A DNA stretch of 54,150 nucleotides, filler included, from Sluysia triapertura (Eukaryota): the NCBI GenBank assembly GCA_046118255.1. It is 4 parts of 4 records of this genome, joined end to end, with 100 filler letters (N's around TTAATTAATTAA, not from the genome) between each part and the next. Parts side by side here need not be neighbours in the genome. Positions count along the whole stretch, not along the records: positions 43,104 to 54,150 come from JBJNIA010189631.1; 3 more parts are not named here. One strand, written 5' to 3'. The position numbers and the translations under genes were made by a program. The notes beneath the pieces are model-generated. The model was not told the DNA's origin. It saw nothing but the letters and a program-made list of their open reading frames with translations, and searched no databases. Shown one piece after another: positions 51,074 through 54,150 of this stretch; positions within the stretch are counted from its first letter, which is position 1; each line of letters begins with the position of its first letter.

Positions 51074-51314
51074 CTGTTCTGCAACAAATATTTGATATTC
51101 GAAGTTTTGAATTTGTAAATAAGGATGCATTCTTTCTAAAAACACCAATAATTGATTAGGACTCTCGTAATACACTATAATAAGTGCTACAATGTTTTTG
51201 GAATATTGAAACAGTTGGTAAATAGAAGAAGGAACAAATCTGCCATCTTGTAAATATCGTGCCCATTCTTGCTTATCTAATAATTTTACATCTGACAATT
51301 CATTGGGTATTATT
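51074..51314 (-). CDS. Beta-1,4-galactosyltransferase (GT7)-like exon (stem and start of catalytic domain)
   Basis: GRFVPS...VALIIVYYESPNQLLVFLERMHPYLQIQNFEYQIFVAEQ matches GGxxxP...VAIIIPFRNRxxHLxxFLxxLHPxLQxQxLxYxIFVVEQ; phase-0 donor fits the 46673 acceptor. Confidence 0.85.
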
Positions 51315-51876
51315 CTGAAATGAAGTTAATTTTATATTTACGATTGATAGTTTAAAACAAATAATGATAATAAAAGTAATAGTCATTTTAAAAATAGAAA
51401 ATAATAAAAGTAACAATTCAAAAAAGAAATATTATCACTGATTAGTCATCCAATCACTCATCAGAAAAATGCGAGTATAAATACTAGTTTTATTTGTATT
51501 ATAATTCACTTACTTAAATTAGCTAGACAATTAAATTGGATTTTAGTCGATTTATGGAGATAAAAGTTAATAATAATTGCATCGACTCAATTTTATAATT
51601 TTCTAGTTTATTTTTAAATTTAGGTTTACTAGGCAAACCTTTAAATTAACTCAAATTAATTAATCATTTTTGAACTGATTTAATGAGGAAAATCCTACTT
51701 TAAACTACCTCAGTGCCAATTAACATTTCATGGATAAAAGAATTATGAGCTGAATGTGACATAATAGAATGTATGCCTTTTAAATGTAAAATTAGACAGT
51801 CAATAAAGATTAATTAAAATTTTTTGGCTTAAAAATAGCATCAAATAAAATTGTACCAGAAAATAAAAACAATTAG

Positions 51877-52122
51877 ACGCCAAATAAAATTTTCGCTGAA
51901 AAATTCTCAATAATAGATGAGACGACAGACGAAATGAAAGAATGCCATTAATTCTTCAATGATGGTAAAGTCTATCAAATAGATGATACTAATTATGGAG
52001 ACGATCATAGAGTTAATGCTTTATTTATTAAATCAGAAACAAAAAAACCATATTATGAAGTTGTCAGTAATGTTAAACATTACCGAATAAACGATTATGA
52101 ATCGAATTTAACAACCTCAATG
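51877..52122 (+). pseudogene. Isolated exon-like segment with one in-frame stop
   Basis: AG...GTAAG flanked, 246 nt: TPNKIFAEKFSIIDETTDEMKECH*FFNDGKVYQIDD...NLTTSM. Confidence 0.35.
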
Positions 52123-52870
52123 GTAAGCTAAACGCCATAAATCTCGGTTGCCTTGATATTTTAAGTACAGTTAGATGGGATTCGAGTATGAATTATGTAA
52201 TTCTATTTGTCGTCTATAAATTTTTTGATGTGTATTTTACTTACCTAGGATAATTCACCCCTGTAAAATTAAGGATATCAAGAATTTGTGTACAATAAAA
52301 GAAGTAACATTAATCAAACTTTCTACCACTGATTTAAAAATCAAAATTATTTCCACTTACTTACTTCTTACGTCTCACTGGAATTTAACATATGCGTAGT
52401 GCTTGTCTTGCAGTAATGTGCGCATGCGTTGCGCCAATTCCCTAACACGATTGGTGCCAGCGTAACAATTGACGAGCGAAAATAAATTTGTTTTAACATA
52501 TTTACATTTTCATTTTTACTTTTGGGGACATTTTCCGAAGAATATTCCTCAAAGCAGCATCCTTCGAAAAGATGTCGCTTTTGTTATCACCATAACATGA
52601 AAAAAACGACTACCTTTGCATCTCTACCAAGATACTTTGAAAAGTTTCACACTGTTCAAAATTATTAAAATTTAATTTGTCTGTTTATCTTAATCAATTT
52701 TGTATTCATTTACTTGTTTTTTGAATAAAATAAAATAAATGTGTATTCATCATGATATTACAGTAAAATTAAATACGCTCAATATGTAAAAATAAATCAG
52801 GGAATTCAATTAAATTATAAATGTAAAATTAAATCTGATAAATATTAAAATAATCAAATATACATGAAAA

Positions 52871-53205
52871 ATGTGTTCTTTAGTTTTCTTAATATTTGCG
52901 GCAAACTATCCAGATATGAATCACATAGAAAATCTGTGGGAGATTGCCAAAAGGAGATTATTGAAACTTATAGAAACCACAATGACGAGATCAAAGATTT
53001 GCGCCCCAAGCCTATCCGTGGCATGTGTCTTTAAGGATCAGGAAATTATTGGATAACAAAGGAGGGCAAACAAAGTATACTGATACAACAGTTTGTAGAT
53101 ATTTGATTTGTAGTAAATTGTGTTATCATATTCTACGTGAATAAACTTTCTGAATGTTTTGGATCTCAGTATTTTTATCTATTATTTTACTTTCACCAGA
53201 ATGTT
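52871..53205 (+). mobile_element. Tc1/mariner transposase C-terminal relic
   Basis: FAANYPDMNHIENLWEIAKRR corresponds to WPxNSPDLNPIENLW; downstream KGGQTKY; frameshifted. Confidence 0.85.
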
Positions 53206-54075
53206 TTGGATAAAGTAGTTATTTTCCAACATTTTACATTTTTCGTGACATTGTTTTTATATACTTTTGATTAATAGTTTCATAGTATCCTTGAAAAATG
53301 TTGAATTTTATCACAAAAATGGTTATCTTTAGTCTAATAAGTAATTATAATTCAACAATTAAAATAATTTAATTTAGCCAATTTTATAATATATATTTAC
53401 AAAATTTACAAAACATTATCTTTAGTAATAAGACTATCTAACTTACTTTAATGGATCTATATAATCAGAATCTGATTCATGTTTTGATGATTTGGATTTA
53501 AATGTACTAATAACAATAATAATTCCGAAAATACACGATAAAGATCCTAGTAAGAATAATAATTTAAATAGAGATTTTACAGTGTAAATTAACATTACTA
53601 AAAAATAATATAATATTCAAGTTACATTGAAAGTTGTGTCTACAGTACTTATTATTTGGTATTGATTATTGATTATTTATTATTATTATTATTATGAATT
53701 ATTGTTACTATAATTATTATCATTGTTATTATTATCATTATTATTTAAATTGATACTATATAAATACCATAAGTTTCAATATCAATTAAGCATTCATTAT
53801 TTATAAATTATAAAATTATAATCTATAACTATTTTATTTTATTTAACAAACACAATTCAAAATTATTTATTATGTAAAAATTATATTTGTTAAACATTAT
53901 GTTTGATTATTTTAATTTTTTTATATTTAATATGTAATTTAATGTGAAAAACATTTTTACACATGCATTGTTATAATTTGTACTTATATTAATGAGCTAA
54001 TACAAGCAACATTGTGTCGGTATGATAAAATAATAATGATTATATTGTACACATGTGAATACATTTAAAATAAAG

Positions 54076-54150
54076 TACTCCCTCTGTCCGAAAATAAGAG
54101 TCCCATTTCTAAATATTAGGTTTTTTTATTGATTTAAATGGTATGAAGGG
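54076..54150. mobile_element. Stowaway-like (mariner-derived MITE) left terminus
   Basis: TA + CTCCCTCTGTCCGAAAATAAG; element runs off the window. Confidence 0.6.

Noticed and set aside
22237-52122. Stop-codon reassignment (TAA = Gln/Glu, TGA = Trp) suggested by in-frame stops in several ORFs
   Set aside because: Conserved GFM1, ASH2L, Gli finger and GT7 exons contain no in-frame stops and use CAA, GAA and TGG normally; most affected ORFs also have frameshifts.
1-54150. CRISPR array, rRNA or prokaryotic defence operon
   Set aside because: Spliced eukaryotic DNA; no regularly spaced repeat-spacer array or rRNA-like segment seen.

Overview
Very AT-rich eukaryotic nuclear DNA from a draft animal assembly. 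It contains five N gaps, three of which carry a synthetic TTAATTAATTAA linker. Spliced genes have a bimodal intron design: 33-42 nt micro-introns alongside kb-sized introns filled with transposon relics. This style is consistent with a reduced parasite genome such as the orthonectid Intoshia (inference, unverified). Recognisable genes, mostly present only as partial exon sets: mitochondrial EF-G (GFM1, three internal exons), ASH2L (5' half, no SPRY exons found), a Gli/Ci zinc-finger gene (fingers 3-5 plus a frameshifted 3' exon) and a divergent beta-1,4-galactosyltransferase lacking its DxD motif. Disabled copies include an intronless frameshifted PDIA4, a KDM1B/LSD2-like zinc-finger module and several orphans. 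Mobile DNA includes piggyBac, hATm-like, Tc1, hAT MITEs, a Stowaway-like end, LINE ORF1 traces and a 3.9-kb LTR element whose pol is replaced by antisense host-like cargo with RanBP2/NZF fingers. Most notable unexplained signals: a pre-miRNA-like hairpin (21938-22018), the cargo-carrying LTR element, strand-asymmetric G/C-depleted patches, and the mosaic of clean but incomplete genes. Family assignments come from hand translation and recalled motifs; no database search was run.
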